Positions 34,501-45,592 of a stretch of DNA of 64,000 nucleotides are shown here, one piece after another (position 1 is the first letter of the stretch; the number at the start of each line of letters is the position of its first letter). The notes beneath the pieces were generated by a model. It was not told the origin of the DNA. It searched no databases and was given only the letters and a program-made list of their open reading frames with translations. The translations under genes and the position numbers were made by a program. Source of the stretch: Macrostomum hystrix (taxonomy: Eukaryota > Animalia > Platyhelminthes); assembly GCA_950097015.1 (NCBI GenBank), contig CATNEN010000007.1, forward strand, positions 3,100,001 to 3,164,000, in the 5' to 3' direction.

Positions 34501-37063
34501 TCCCACAGGGTAAGAACTAGGATATATAAAAAACTTGATTTCAAAATCTAGAAAGTTTTTTTCATGAAGAAATGAATCCATTTGTTGCCAGAATCCCTCC
34601 GCCCGAGTTCCCAGACATGAGCGTGCTGCAGCCCTCCATGGCAGTGGAGATTGTCACTGTGGCGATCATCGCCTTCTCCGTCTGCGTCTCGTTGGCCAAA
34701 ATCTTTGGCAAAAAGTACAACTACGAGGTGGCACCAAGTCAGGTAAAATACCAGCCACCCCAAACCCTCAGGAGCCGATAGCCTATGGCATTTGCAACAC
34801 TAGAGTACACACGCACTTGAAGCCAACCACTCCGAACCCTCAGGAGCTGATAGTCTATGGCATCTGCAATACTAGAGTACACATGCACTTAAAGCCAGCC
34901 ACCCCAAACCCTCAGGAGCCGATAGCCTATGGCATTTGCAACACTAGAGTACACACGCACTTGAAGCCAACCACTCCGAACCCTCAGGAGCTGATAGTCT
35001 ATGGCATCTGCAACACTAGAGTACACATGCACTTAAAGCCAGCCACCCCAAACCCTCAGGAGCCGATAGCCTATGGCATTTGCAACACTAGAGTACACAC
35101 GCACTTGAAGCCAACCACTCCGAACCCTCAGGAGCTGATAGCCTATGGCATCTGCAACACAGTGGGCGCGTTCTTCCACTGCTGGCCGGCCGGTTCCTCA
35201 CTCTCGCGCTCAGCGGTGCAGGATAGCATGGGCGGTAAGACTCAGGTAGCCGCTCTGGTGTCTTCAACGCTGCTACTCCTGGTGCTGCTGTTTGTCGGCA
35301 AATACTTCGAGACCGTGCCAAACTGCTGCCTGTCAGCGATCATTCTAGTGGCCATCAAGGGCATGCTGGAGCAGGTCAAGGAGGCCCCCATACTGTGGCG
35401 CTTGTCACCCTACGACTTTTGGACTTGGGTCGTCACCTGCCTCGGTGTGGTTCTCCTGTCTGTGGACTACGGCCTGGTCATCGGCCTGGCCTTTTCAGTC
35501 TTCACCATCATCGTGCGAACTCAGTCGCCAACGTCGTCAATTCTGGGTCGAATCAGGGACACGGATTTGTACAAGAATATGCTGGCTTACGACGACGTGA
35601 GTAGCCGCTACCTACCTCAAAACGTCTCACTCATTGGCTTCTCAATTCATCCTTAAGATTTTTATTTCCATTTTTAACTTACTCTTATGCTACTCACGCA
35701 CCAAGGTTCCTGAGCTCGAAGCCGCGTTGATTTCGCATTAATTTGGGGCGCAGCCGCGGAGAGAAGGCCTGACAGCTTGTCAAACTGTTTACGCCCATGA
35801 GGGCGAACCCCAAGTTAATTTGACAGTGTAAACCACACTAAACATAAAAAGTCACGCCAGATGTACACACCTATATGTACTGTGGGTCCCTGTATACCGA
35901 TCGATGTGCATATTGTGAGGATAGCTGCAAATATAGGAATTAACTAATTCTGTCAATCTCACCCCAGATCCAAGAGGTGCCGGGCATCAAGATATTCCGC
36001 TACGAAGGCTCCCTGTACTTCGCCTGCGCTGAGAACTTTCGCGAGAGTCTTTACCGCAAGACGGGCGTCAATCCGCGTCAGATTGTGCAGCAGCGCCGTC
36101 GGGTTGGCGAGAAGTACGCCCGCTTCACGGCGGCGGCGGCCGCGACGTCGGGCACGTCGTCGGCAGCGGTCAAGCGCGGATTCGCCCGAATGAACGACTC
36201 GGAGAAGGCGGAGGCGGTCAGGGCTGTCGGCCTGGACTGGCCTCGGGTACCTGTGCAGCACGTGATTCTGGACGCTTCCACCTGGGGCTACATCGACTAT
36301 GTCGGTGTAAGAGCGCTGAGCCAAGCCATTCTGGAGTTCCGCGAGATCGGAGTGGCTGTCTACATTGCCAATCCCAAGTGTAAGTTGCTAACTGCTTTTG
36401 CACTGGGGGTTCAAGCACATGATTTGCAAAATTAAGCCCCTATCCAACGTGTTGTCAGCTTAATTAAAAAACGAAGCCCGACAGCCCGAAACGAACCTTG
36501 CGGGATATATTGATGGTGGGACAAGGGATCAGGAAATTCAAGATCCCAAGAGGCTTAGTGTGGGTTCCCATGGCAACGGGTTAATCCTGAGTATAAAATC
36601 AAAACATATTTTCGGGTCCGACTCTCGCACCAAGGTCCCTGAGCTCGAATCCGCCAACCCCTAACGCACAATGAGAGTGTTCACTGGCAGAAGCAGTTGC
36701 CTTCTCGCGGGTTGACTGTCGCCAAATGATACCCACACAAAACACACCTGATCAGGTGGCATCCGTGCATGCCTGGAGCGCTCGGACTTCTACGAGAAGA
36801 ACCGGCACGACATCATCTACGTGTCGGTGCACGACGCAGTCCTCGCCGCCCAGTTCGACCAGCGCGCCGCCCTGAGGAACTCCGAGAAGCAGCTGATGGC
36901 TGCTTCCTCGTACGCCATAAAAGCATCCCCAACTGGTGGCGGCAAGATCAAAGACGACAGCGAGTTTAAAACCAGCGCAGCCCAGCTCAGAAAGCGATCG
37001 GAGTCGAACGGCGCCGAGCATCAGCTGGCTGAGAACTCGGGCAAAACTGTCAGCAAAGTGTAA
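31586..37063 (+). CDS. SLC26: SLC26/SulP anion transporter (prestin/pendrin-like) with STAS domain, 10 exons, ~870 aa
   Basis: Exons 31586-31622, 32103-32582, 32884-33239, 33592-33756, 33870-34025, 34427-34509, 34592-34742, 35132-35596, 35968-36379 and 36756-37063; all GT-AG, phases consistent, total 2613 nt. Motifs: DLISGLTVGIMHIPQGMAYA, GLYTSFFP, GTSRQVSIG, QELIAYG, SLSRSAVQ, and STAS IFRYEGSLYFA...VILDAS...YIDYVG. Confidence 0.93.
31607..32022 (+). repeat. 42-bp tandem repeat spanning the first SLC26 exon end and donor (10 copies)
   Basis: Unit ACACGGCTCTGATGG|GTGAGGCATTGTG(G/A)ATGTTGATA(A/G)GAT, with GT at 31623+42n. Confidence 0.92.
33356..33570. repeat. 23-bp intronic minisatellite containing GTAAGT
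   Basis: Unit GGGTAAGTGCCGTACTGGGTTG(A/G). Confidence 0.92.
34098..34280. repeat. ~21-bp purine-rich intronic repeat (GAGGATTCGGATAGGGGGAGA)
   Basis: Direct reading. Confidence 0.9.
34753..35160 (+). repeat. 72-bp tandem repeat spanning an SLC26 intron end and exon start (6 acceptors)
   Basis: CCCTCAG|GAGC(T/C)GATAG at exon starts 34772, 34844, 34916, 34988, 35060 and 35132. Confidence 0.93.
35690..35885 (+). mobile_element. SINE family B, 5' portion (SLC26 intron)
   Basis: GCACCAAGGTTCCTGAGCTCGAAGCC...TTTGGGGCGCAGCCGCGGAGAGAAGGC...TTTACGCCCATGAGGGC...AGATGTACACACCT matches the reverse complement of 40790-40960. A head-only fragment also lies at 36620-36660. Confidence 0.7.
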
Positions 37064-38224
37064 CCTATTTAAGAAAGAAAATCACTTTGGTGTTTGGAAC
37101 TGAAAATTTTTATTTAGGCAAGCAGTTTTTTAATCAATAAGCACACCGAAAATCACCGGCTGCACAATAGGATTTTTTCGCTCCACTCATGTTAACGCAA
37201 TTGATTATTTTTCGCTGGTCGATTCTTCACTTTACCGATGTTGATTACACAATCGGCGCTTTGAAACACTGCGTACAACTGTTCAGTCCATGGACTGGGG
37301 AGAATGCCACACCAACATATTAAACTAATCAAGTGTCAAGAAAACTGAGAGAGACCGGCTGAATTGTCAAGCTGGCCTGCAGGTAGCTTATGGAGAGTAG
37401 CGAAGTCAAGTGAAGTGTGAGAGGGCGTTGTGCCCTGGACTATATATTTAAACATGGTTAAGTTGGACAGACTGGAGGAGGTTGGCGGTACGATAACAAG
37501 AGTGCGCGACTGAGGGTAGGAGAGGAGGCTAGAACGTGAGCGGCGGACCAATCAGAAAGGAGGAAAGAAAGAAAGGATAGAGAATGAGAGATCAGCCGCA
37601 GAGATAACGAGAGAGAAAGAACTAGATTGAACTGGACGATGTAAACAAGAAAAGTGCAGAGAACGAAAGAGTGAATAGAGGACAGAAGGCAGAGACGAAA
37701 GTCGCGACATCAAGTTAATTTAATTAGCACAAAATCCCTATGCTTCCAGTTATTTAACACCTGTGCATAATTTAATGGTGGTCGTTTCCTCTCCATCGCT
37801 CATAGGATCAGAAAGTGTGACGCATCCCAACTTTTCCAGACTTGCACACAAGAAAAGCAAAGATTAATTTGTCTTTTTCAAACTTCACAATGGTTCCAAG
37901 TTTGCCCACTGTTTTATTGTTAGACAGAGATAAAATATAGAAGAATTACACTCGCACCTGAACGGGTTTAGAAGAACTTTTTGATGAGCGATAAACCATA
38001 ATTGTATTTTCGATATATTAATAATTTACTTCGTAGTATAATTATACTTTGAAAGTTTTAAATATGCATAGGATTAACTCCATAATCGAACGAATGAGAC
38101 AATTCGCACCCACAATGGGTTGGCAAACATTAATGAAGAGCCCTAAGAGGAATTTTTTAATTGGGGTCGACCAGAATTACAATTAAATTAGCAGCAACTC
38201 GATTTAACCGTAGAAAGACGACAC

Positions 38225-38620
38225 TTTTCCCAATGGGAAAAGACACCGCGCTATTTCAAATACCCACTTCCTATTTCATAATAGCTCCCAAACTGAATGA
38301 CCGATTTCCTGAATCAAAATTTTCTGCTTTTTACGATGAACTCACTTTCAAAGCCGTCCGACGTCAGCATGGTCGAGATATTCAGCGATTCTTGTCGAAG
38401 ATCCTGGTCACAAGGCAAACAACTCGTAACATTGCTCTGTATAGGCCTCTATGGTGACATGATGAGATTTTTTAACAGAAAATTTATGCCTCTATGGGTA
38501 GTTTTTCCTAGCTGACACCTCGACGAGAATCGTTGAATATCTCGACGATACCGATGCTTTGTAATTCTAGAAGTTGTTTGATCGGATAGAGCGGAAAATT
38601 TTAGCGCACATGATGACTCA
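38225..38620. mobile_element. Dispersed repeat family C copy
   Basis: Contains a 26-bp imperfect inverted repeat, 38373-38398 and 38520-38545. Confidence 0.7.
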
Positions 38621-38766
38621 TCAAATAAATTAACGACGCCAGTCACTAACGAAGCACAGCAAAGACAACCAGCAAGAATTTAAATAATGGGTTTTATTAT
38701 GTGAATTTTGTGAGCCGGGCTGTTAGAATGGGCAACTCAGTGAAGAGGGAGGCACTCCCAAAGGCA

Positions 38767-40252
38767 TCATCCGTGCAGCATGCCCGGCTGCCAGCCCTCG
38801 GGGTTCTTCTCGAACGCGTCGGTGTGCTGATTGTGATTGACAATGGGCCATTTGCGCATCCAGGGTCCGGAAATCACCGTGCTGAACTCGTCGCTGGCCA
38901 TCTCCTGGCGCGCCATGGACTCAAGCTGAGCTCGGTTCCGGTCCACCGAGTCGAAGGCATCGAAATCCGGTCGATACTCCGGGTCGTTCTCGCGCCGCAC
39001 CTCGCAGGTGTTCTTGAGGCCGAACAGGCCAGCCGGTGTGCCGGTCTTCTGCCAGCGGAAGTCGATGGACCAGCGGACAACGTCGGAGCGGTTATTGAGA
39101 CTTCGGTGCGGGGTGAAGTTGTTGAACAGTAGGAAGGAACCGTAGGGAACATCGAGCGTCTCCACGTCCTTGGCCATGTCGACTTTGAACTCGCTCTCAA
39201 TGGTGTCCTCCTCCAGGGTGATGTACCAGGTGGGTCCGGCGCAGCAGGTGTGCGGGGCGATGTAGCCATCGGAGTGGCAGCGGGGCACCATCTGCAGGGT
39301 CCCATTCTGTGCGTTGGTATCCAGCAGTGGTACCCAGGCGGTCACAATCAGCGCCTTGTAGGACTCAACATCGAAGTAGCCGCTGTCCTGGTGCCAGGGC
39401 ACGGTGCTGGCCGCGTTGTTCGGCGTCTTGGTTCGCAGATTCCACACCGGATTAAATGAGATGTTTGGCCCGACAATGTCCTCCAGGAGGTTCAGCATTC
39501 GCTCGTGACTGGCGATGGCGCGGAACGACTGCGGCAGGTTGGACATCTTGTGCAACACAATGTTAGCGCCCGGGTACTCGCGTTCGATGGCGCTGAGCCG
39601 ATGGTAGAAGTCGAGTCCCTCGTACTTGTCTGCGAGATTCGGGTGTTGATCTCTTAAAATGACAAAAACTGAATACTGGATCACAGAGCCATCGTCCCTG
39701 GAGGATTCTTCAGATCAGTCCCCGGGGAGCTGTATCATCTGCCAGTGAAAATGTGGAAAGTCTCGGACACTGCCCAGTCTTTACGACGGCGTGGTTGGAA
39801 CATCTCAGGGCAAACCCAATGCTCTCTGACGCTTTCAGGCACGAGGGCACCCCGCTGCTTGCCAGGTAGCTGCCTCAGAGACACCGGATCCACCTTATCG
39901 ACATCAACTCATCGAATGTCGTCTGGTTGTCATGGGCTAGCTGAATATGCGGTCAAGAGCCACCCCATTCTGATCTTAGACGATCAGCGGCCTCAAACAA
40001 ACCTTTGATCTTTCCTGCATCGAAGAGTTTGTCGGCCAGCTCCGTCACCTTGGCCGCGATGTCAGCCTTCACAGCGTCCAGCTCCTCCTTGGCGAAGAAG
40101 TCTCGCACCAGAGTGAAGCCCTTGGTGTAAAACTCGTTCAGCTGGGCCTGGCTGAGCTGACCGGGCTTGCAGGCGCCCTTTGCTGGCCGCTCGGAGAACA
40201 GCTCCGGGTGCCGCTCACCGGTGTAACCTGGGCTCCCTGTGTGACTAGTCAT
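38767..40252 (-). CDS. Phytanoyl-CoA dioxygenase (PhyH) family Fe(II)/2-oxoglutarate dioxygenase, 2 exons, ~370 aa
   Basis: Exons 40252-40003 and 39629-38767 (GKIK|DKYEGLDFYHRL), total 1113 nt. Motifs: FYTKGFTLVRDFF, PWHQD (HxD), AWVPL, and PHRS with the distal His. Confidence 0.92.
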
Positions 40253-40649
40253 GCCTCGCAACTTGCAGTTTAACAAGCCAGAAGCTATCGCTGAAATCGC
40301 TGAAATATTAATAAAACAGAAAAACCGCTTTAAATGCTTGGAATCAGACAGCCTGTTGACTGTACATACACTTGACAAGACAGTCATTTCCGATAAGGTT
40401 GGGACTGGGAATGAGGGGCACTGCAACAGCTGCGCAACCACTAAAATGGCTTGAATCGATAACAACACTTGGGTCACTTCCTGCGGTGCAGCAGTTATCA
40501 GTGAGACACAACTGCCATAGGAAGCACTGCGGCTGTGTCTGTGCCCAATGGCTTTGCCAGCAAGTTCCTGTGTCTGGTGTGTCCAAATTCGAGTAGATTG
40601 GGCTGAATCACATTAAATAAACAAATTATTAATCTTAAAAAAACAATAA

Positions 40650-40990
40650 TAATTGCAGGAGGGCTGCGGGCAATGGCACATCATTTGAGGCACTAGACCC
40701 GCAGCCAGCGAGGAGGCAATCCCGCCCATTTCGCTGACTACTGAGCACACACTCACACATACACTGTACGCAGGCACACGTTCACACAGGTGTGTACATC
40801 TGCCCTGACTTTCTCATCATCAGGCAGTGTACACTTCACTGTGCCTTGGAGGTTGGCCCTCAAGGGCGTAAATTGCACGACAAGCCCTCAAGCCTTCTCT
40901 CCGCGGCTGCGACCCAAATGAATGTGGCCTAGCCGTGGAATCGAACTTAGGGACCTTGTGCGAGGGGCAACGGCGTTGAGCATTCAGCCC
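40650..40990 (-). mobile_element. SINE family B, apparently full-length tRNA-derived SINE
   Basis: B box GTTCGATTCC (plus strand 40937-40946), body shared with the 18425, 22340, 35690 and 41180 copies, and an ATT-rich tail. Confidence 0.7.
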
Positions 40991-41179
40991 TATGTTAAAA
41001 TTTAAGATAGTTATATTATAATATATGCAGAACCACCTAAAATAAATAAACAAATAAATAAGCTTCTTATAAGCACACTTGAATAGCATAATAATTACAA
41101 AATAGCTCTACTATTGACCTTAAAATAGCAAAAATAACTGCACCAAGTTAGAATTATGAGAGATATGCTCATTTTTCTG

Positions 41180-41295
41180 ACTCCTGAGCACACAAACACA
41201 CAGGTGTGTACATCTGCCCTGACTTTCTCGACCTCAGACTGGGTACACCCTCACTGTGATTTCGGGCTGGCCTTCATGGGCGTACATTGTTTGTG
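41180..41295 (-). mobile_element. SINE family B fragment
   Basis: CACAGGTGTGTACATCTGCCCTGACTTTCTC is identical to ~40785-40815. Confidence 0.7.
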
Positions 41296-41509
41296 ATCGC
41301 CGCGGATTTGAAGCGCATGTAAATGACTCATTTGTTTGGTGCAAATAGTGACTTTTATTACATGCTCATAAAAATAGTGTACGATCATATGTTTGAGTTC
41401 GTTTAATGCCAGTTTGAACGAGCCTTTGCTGCAACGCCACTGTTACCGGTTTAAAAATAAATTGAAAAAATGCGAATTGAAAACGGAATTGAGATATCAG
41501 CTGAAAATC

Positions 41510-41900
41510 ACGGGGGGTATTTCAAATGCTCACTTCCTATTTCACAATAGCTCCCAAACCGAATGATTTTCGCGAAAGTCCACGATATGGTTCAACATTT
41601 TCCGCCCTTTACGATCAACTAACTTTTTTAAGTCATCCGAGCCAGCATCGTCCAGATATTCAGCTATTCTTGTCGAAGACCCTGGTGACAAGGGCAGCTA
41701 TCATCGCTCGGTACTAGTTATTAATTCAATTAATACAATTTAATAAACATATTATAGCCAACATGATGAATTTTTGTGAGAAATTATCCTATTTGCCACC
41801 AGACCCTGCGATGAGTATCGCTGAAATATCTCGACGATGCCGATGTCTTGTGATTCCGGAAGTTGTTTCATCGGATAGAGTGGAAAGTTTAGCGAGTGTT
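41510..41900. mobile_element. Dispersed repeat family C copy
   Basis: Similar to 38225-38620, including the internal inverted repeat. Confidence 0.7.
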
Positions 41901-43015
41901 CTGAATTACGAGTGCTCTGCTCCGGGTGGTAGCTGATGACCACATCCGCTGCCGATGACTCTGACGGCTGGTCCGATGGCGTCGCAGCTGCCACCACCGT
42001 AGCCGCTTCCGCCGAAACAGGTCTCTTTTGCTTGAATCTTCAGAATTGTCAATGGTCCCAAACATCCGGCTGCTGGGCCCCAGCACCTTCATGGTGAACT
42101 TCTCGCCCATGTTGAACAGCAGGCTCTGCAGCGTCTGCGACATCTCCCAGTCCTTGGCGGCGGCCAGGCGCTTGAGGCTGTCGCAGATCTCAGCTCCCAT
42201 GGCCAGCTTGAGCTGACGGTCCTTTTCAAACGACAGCGTGAACGCTAACTCAAGCCCCGCGCCAACGTCCTGCGACTAGGTGGCCTCCAGCATCGCCTTG
42301 ACGGCGGGCAGCACGCCGAGCTTCATTAACAGGCCCTTGTTGACGTCGTTGAGAGCGAGCCGCTGGGTGCACCTGGCCAGCTCGGGAAGGCTGTACACCA
42401 TGTTGCCTGTCTCGAAGCTGCGCTCGCTGGAGCTCAGCGAAGCCTTGAGCCCGCCGACCAGGAGCCCGATGATGTCACTCTCCCCCAAGAACAGGTCGGC
42501 CTTGCTCTCGTCCAATGCGAAGGCCACAAGCAGCAGGGCCTGCAGCGAGCGCGCCGACTCCAGGGACTTCAACAGAGGCTGAGTCGGTCCAACGAGGTCA
42601 AAGTTGGCCAGGTTGGAGTTCACGAAGCTGTCGTTCTTGAACAGGCAGTTAAACACGATAGTAATCATCTGGAACATCAGGTCTGCGCATTGGTCACCCA
42701 GCTTTCCGGCCAAGTAGTCCGGGCTCCAGCAGTTCAACATGTCGCAGAACACGCCGCTGATGAAGCTGTCGGACGTGGCCAGCAACTGGCAGAACCAAAC
42801 CAACTCGTCGCTGCAGTCCTGCACGCGGCTCAACAGCGACGCCAGCATCGGCGCTGGTGGCCCGTCGACGGCTCCGCGAACTTCGAATACTTCGAATCCC
42901 TTGTACAGGTGCTCGATCAGCCCCAGGGCCGTCGGGGTCGCCTCGCGCACCAGAACTCGCTGAGCGACTCGAAATCCTCCTCGCTGTGTGAGCTGTGGTA
43001 CATCTCGTGCATTAA
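41889..43015 (-). pseudogene. Armadillo/HEAT-like helical-repeat ORF interrupted by an in-frame TAG (42278-42276)
   Basis: ORFs 42950-42276 and 42200-41889 share a frame and coding-like sequence continues across the TAG (LALNDVNKGLLMKLGVLPAVKAMLEAT*SQDVGAGLELAFTLSF). The ARM-like call is from pattern recall only. The nearest upstream ATG (~43012) is in a different frame. Confidence 0.55.
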
Positions 43016-43395
43016 CTAAACTCGTTCTCAGTAAATTTGGTCATCCGCAGGGCTGGCCTTTGAAGGCCCCAGCCTTTAATAAGGCAAGCGGACTATTGTA
43101 CGGTGGCCCCTGTGGAAATTAAAGACCTTTAAATCTAGGCTTTACAAAAGCTTTTTAGAGGCATGAATGAGTACAAAGCACTGTACGCAAAGGACTGCTC
43201 TCCAACGTACTCGGGAGTCTATACAAACACACTGTCCTCCACTTAAAACAGTTTAACAGTTAACAAACAAAGTTCGTGTATTTTTGTGCTAGACCAAATG
43301 GTTTGATAACTCGAGCAGTAAGATGAGCGAATCGCACGCATCTCTGATTGGTCTCATGATAGCAGATGCTTTGCTTTCAATTCGGATTCTGGCTC

Positions 43396-44989
43396 CTACG
43401 GTCGGAATTTGACAGTCTGGAATCTCTCGTAGAACTCCATGCACTCATTGATGCATTGCTCAGCGCTGTCTGGAAGCTGCTCTCCCGAATCCTCTGCCTC
43501 CTTCTCGGCCTCGGAGACAAAGCTATCGTTGGCCAGGACATTGTTAAACCAGCCGGAGGTCCAGTAGGTCTCGGTGGACACTGCGGAATCGGCAGCCGGA
43601 CGCCAGTGCAGTAGAGAGTCGCTGAACGGTATGCCCAAGTGGCTGCAGTAGGCCGTCAGGTAGGCTTCTGCGGGCACCGGAAAGGCACCTGGGATTCTAC
43701 CAAATGTTCTCAAAGCCACCCAAGGCGCCTGGGATTCTACCCAATGTTCTCAAATCCACTAAGGCACCTGGTATTCACCCAAGGCACCTATGATTCACTC
43801 AAGGCACCTGGTATTCACCCAAGGCACCTGGTATTCACCCAAGGCACCTGGTATTCACCCAAGGCACCTGGTATTCACCCAAGGCACCTGGTATTCACCC
43901 AAGGCACCTGGTATTCACCCAAGGCACCTATGATTCACTCAAGGCACATGGTATTCACCCAAGGCACCTGGTATTCACCCAAGGCACCTATGATTCATCC
44001 AAGGCACCTATGACTCACCCAAGGCACCTGGTATTCATCCAAGGCACCTGGTATTCACCCAAGGCACCTGATATTCTCACAAGGCACCTGAGTTTCACTC
44101 AAAGCTCCCAGAACCTGGTCGCCCACCTGGTTTCCGGAGCAAGTCGTCCGCATCGATCACTAGCAGCGGTGAGTCGCTGTCTCGCTGAAGCGTCTCGTAA
44201 AGCTGCCACAGCTGCTCAAAGCCGGCCTCGCGCTTGTCGAAATGATCCCAGCCTGTCCAATAGGTTGTTTGAGTTGCATTGTGCTCTGATTCCGATTTGT
44301 CAAAAAATGAAACTACTACCACAGTAGGTAGACCTACTCATAGCACTCACCTACAAGCTGATGACCAACAGACAGCCGGTAGAGTGACTCAACTGATTTT
44401 CTCGGATGCCTGAACAGAAAGGAGTGCTCGAAGCCTGCAGGCAGAAGATCCCGCGGCGGGTAACCGCTGTCAACAATGTGATAGGCCATGTCCTTCACAA
44501 ACAACAGGTTGCCAGTGCAGTTGGTGTTTGATGCATTATAAAGCTCGTGCTCCAAGTGCTGCTTCACCCCCGAGTAGGTGTGGCCCGGTACCGGCGGCTG
44601 ATCACTGTACCTGTGACATTGAAAATAGACAACTCACACTGGGATTGCAGCTGAGCAGTCTGACTGGGATCACAGGTGAACAGTCACACGGGGATCACAG
44701 GTGAGCAGTCACACTGGGATCACAGCTGAGCAGTCACTGGGATCACAGCTGAGCAGTCTCACTGAGGTCATCACAGATGAGCAGTCTCACTGGGATCACA
44801 TCTGAGCAGTCACTGGGATTGCACTTACCTCAGACTCACTCGTTCCTCTCCAAAGTAGAAGGCCTTCGAGAAGGGCTCCAGCAGGGCAGCTCTGGTGCAC
44901 GGATGGCTCTCGACTGAGCGGAAGAAGGCGGTGCTGCAGCTGCGGGGCACAGTCCACAGGAAGCTGCCAAGTGGACGCAGTTCTGACAT
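43396..44989 (-). CDS. P-loop sulfotransferase-like protein (often annotated 'branched-chain aminotransferase-like'), 4 exons, ~272 aa
   Basis: Exons 44989-44829, 44610-44351, 44252-44127 and 43667-43396, total 819 nt. Motifs: LWTVPRSCSTAFFRS, EPFSKAFYFG, FVKDMAY, HSFLFRHP, VIDADDLLRKPE and LGIPF...LHW. Confidence 0.88.
43686..44095. repeat. 20-bp intronic minisatellite (AAGGCACCTGGTATTCACCC)
   Basis: Direct reading; fills most of intron 3. Confidence 0.92.
44635..44820. repeat. ~24-bp degenerate intronic repeat (CACTGGGATCACAGCTGAGCAGT)
   Basis: Direct reading. Confidence 0.8.
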
Positions 44990-45314
44990 CGCGGTGATTT
45001 TCCGTGAAGATGTGAGTGCGCTTCGATGAGTTGTTGACTCCCAGTATTTATCCTAAAAGTGACCATCAACTCGCAAGGTTGAGGAAGACCTTGCTTTTCA
45101 GTGCTGTCAATTCTAGCTTTAAATTCATTAAATGAACCCTTTGAAATGAGCTTCGACAAAGCAGAAAAAAAAATTCTGCGCATGAAGAAATATTAAGGGT
45201 TGTCTAGGAAAAATCTCTGGAAAAATCCCTATGAAATATCCTGTAGAATCATTGAAATCTCGATAATATATTTTCTAGAGTCATTGAAGTCTTAGTGGGA
45301 TGCCTCGTAATAGG

Positions 45315-45592
45315 CCCCAAATAGGCCAGATGTGCATCCGACAGCACAGCCGCAGCTATTGCACGGCGCAACTGAAGGCTGCGTACGGCTGTTCAGTCCA
45401 TGGACTGGGGGCCCCATGCTCACCATATTCACTCCCTGTGAACTACCCCAGCTGATGCTGACACCCATTTAACAGCTGGGTTAACTGAAACTGAGCAGTC
45501 TCACTGTCTTGCTTATGGACACAAATTTTTCTAGTGGAGTCGGGAATCGAATCCCCGACCTTCAAGACGTGATTCTGACGCCCTAACCATTA
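45315..45592 (-). mobile_element. SINE family A copy
   Basis: Homologous to 24440-24715, including GGAGTCGGGAATCGAA (B box on the minus strand). Confidence 0.8.

Noticed and set aside
37336-37551. Possible LINE C-terminal fragment
   Set aside because: Short, with no diagnostic RT or endonuclease motif seen.
43668-43695. Acceptor CCCAG|GTGCCTTTCC as the start of sulfotransferase exon 4
   Set aside because: It is in frame but adds GAFPVPA. The acceptor at 43668 gives the family-like DDLLRKPEAYL, so it was preferred; the alternative is not excluded.
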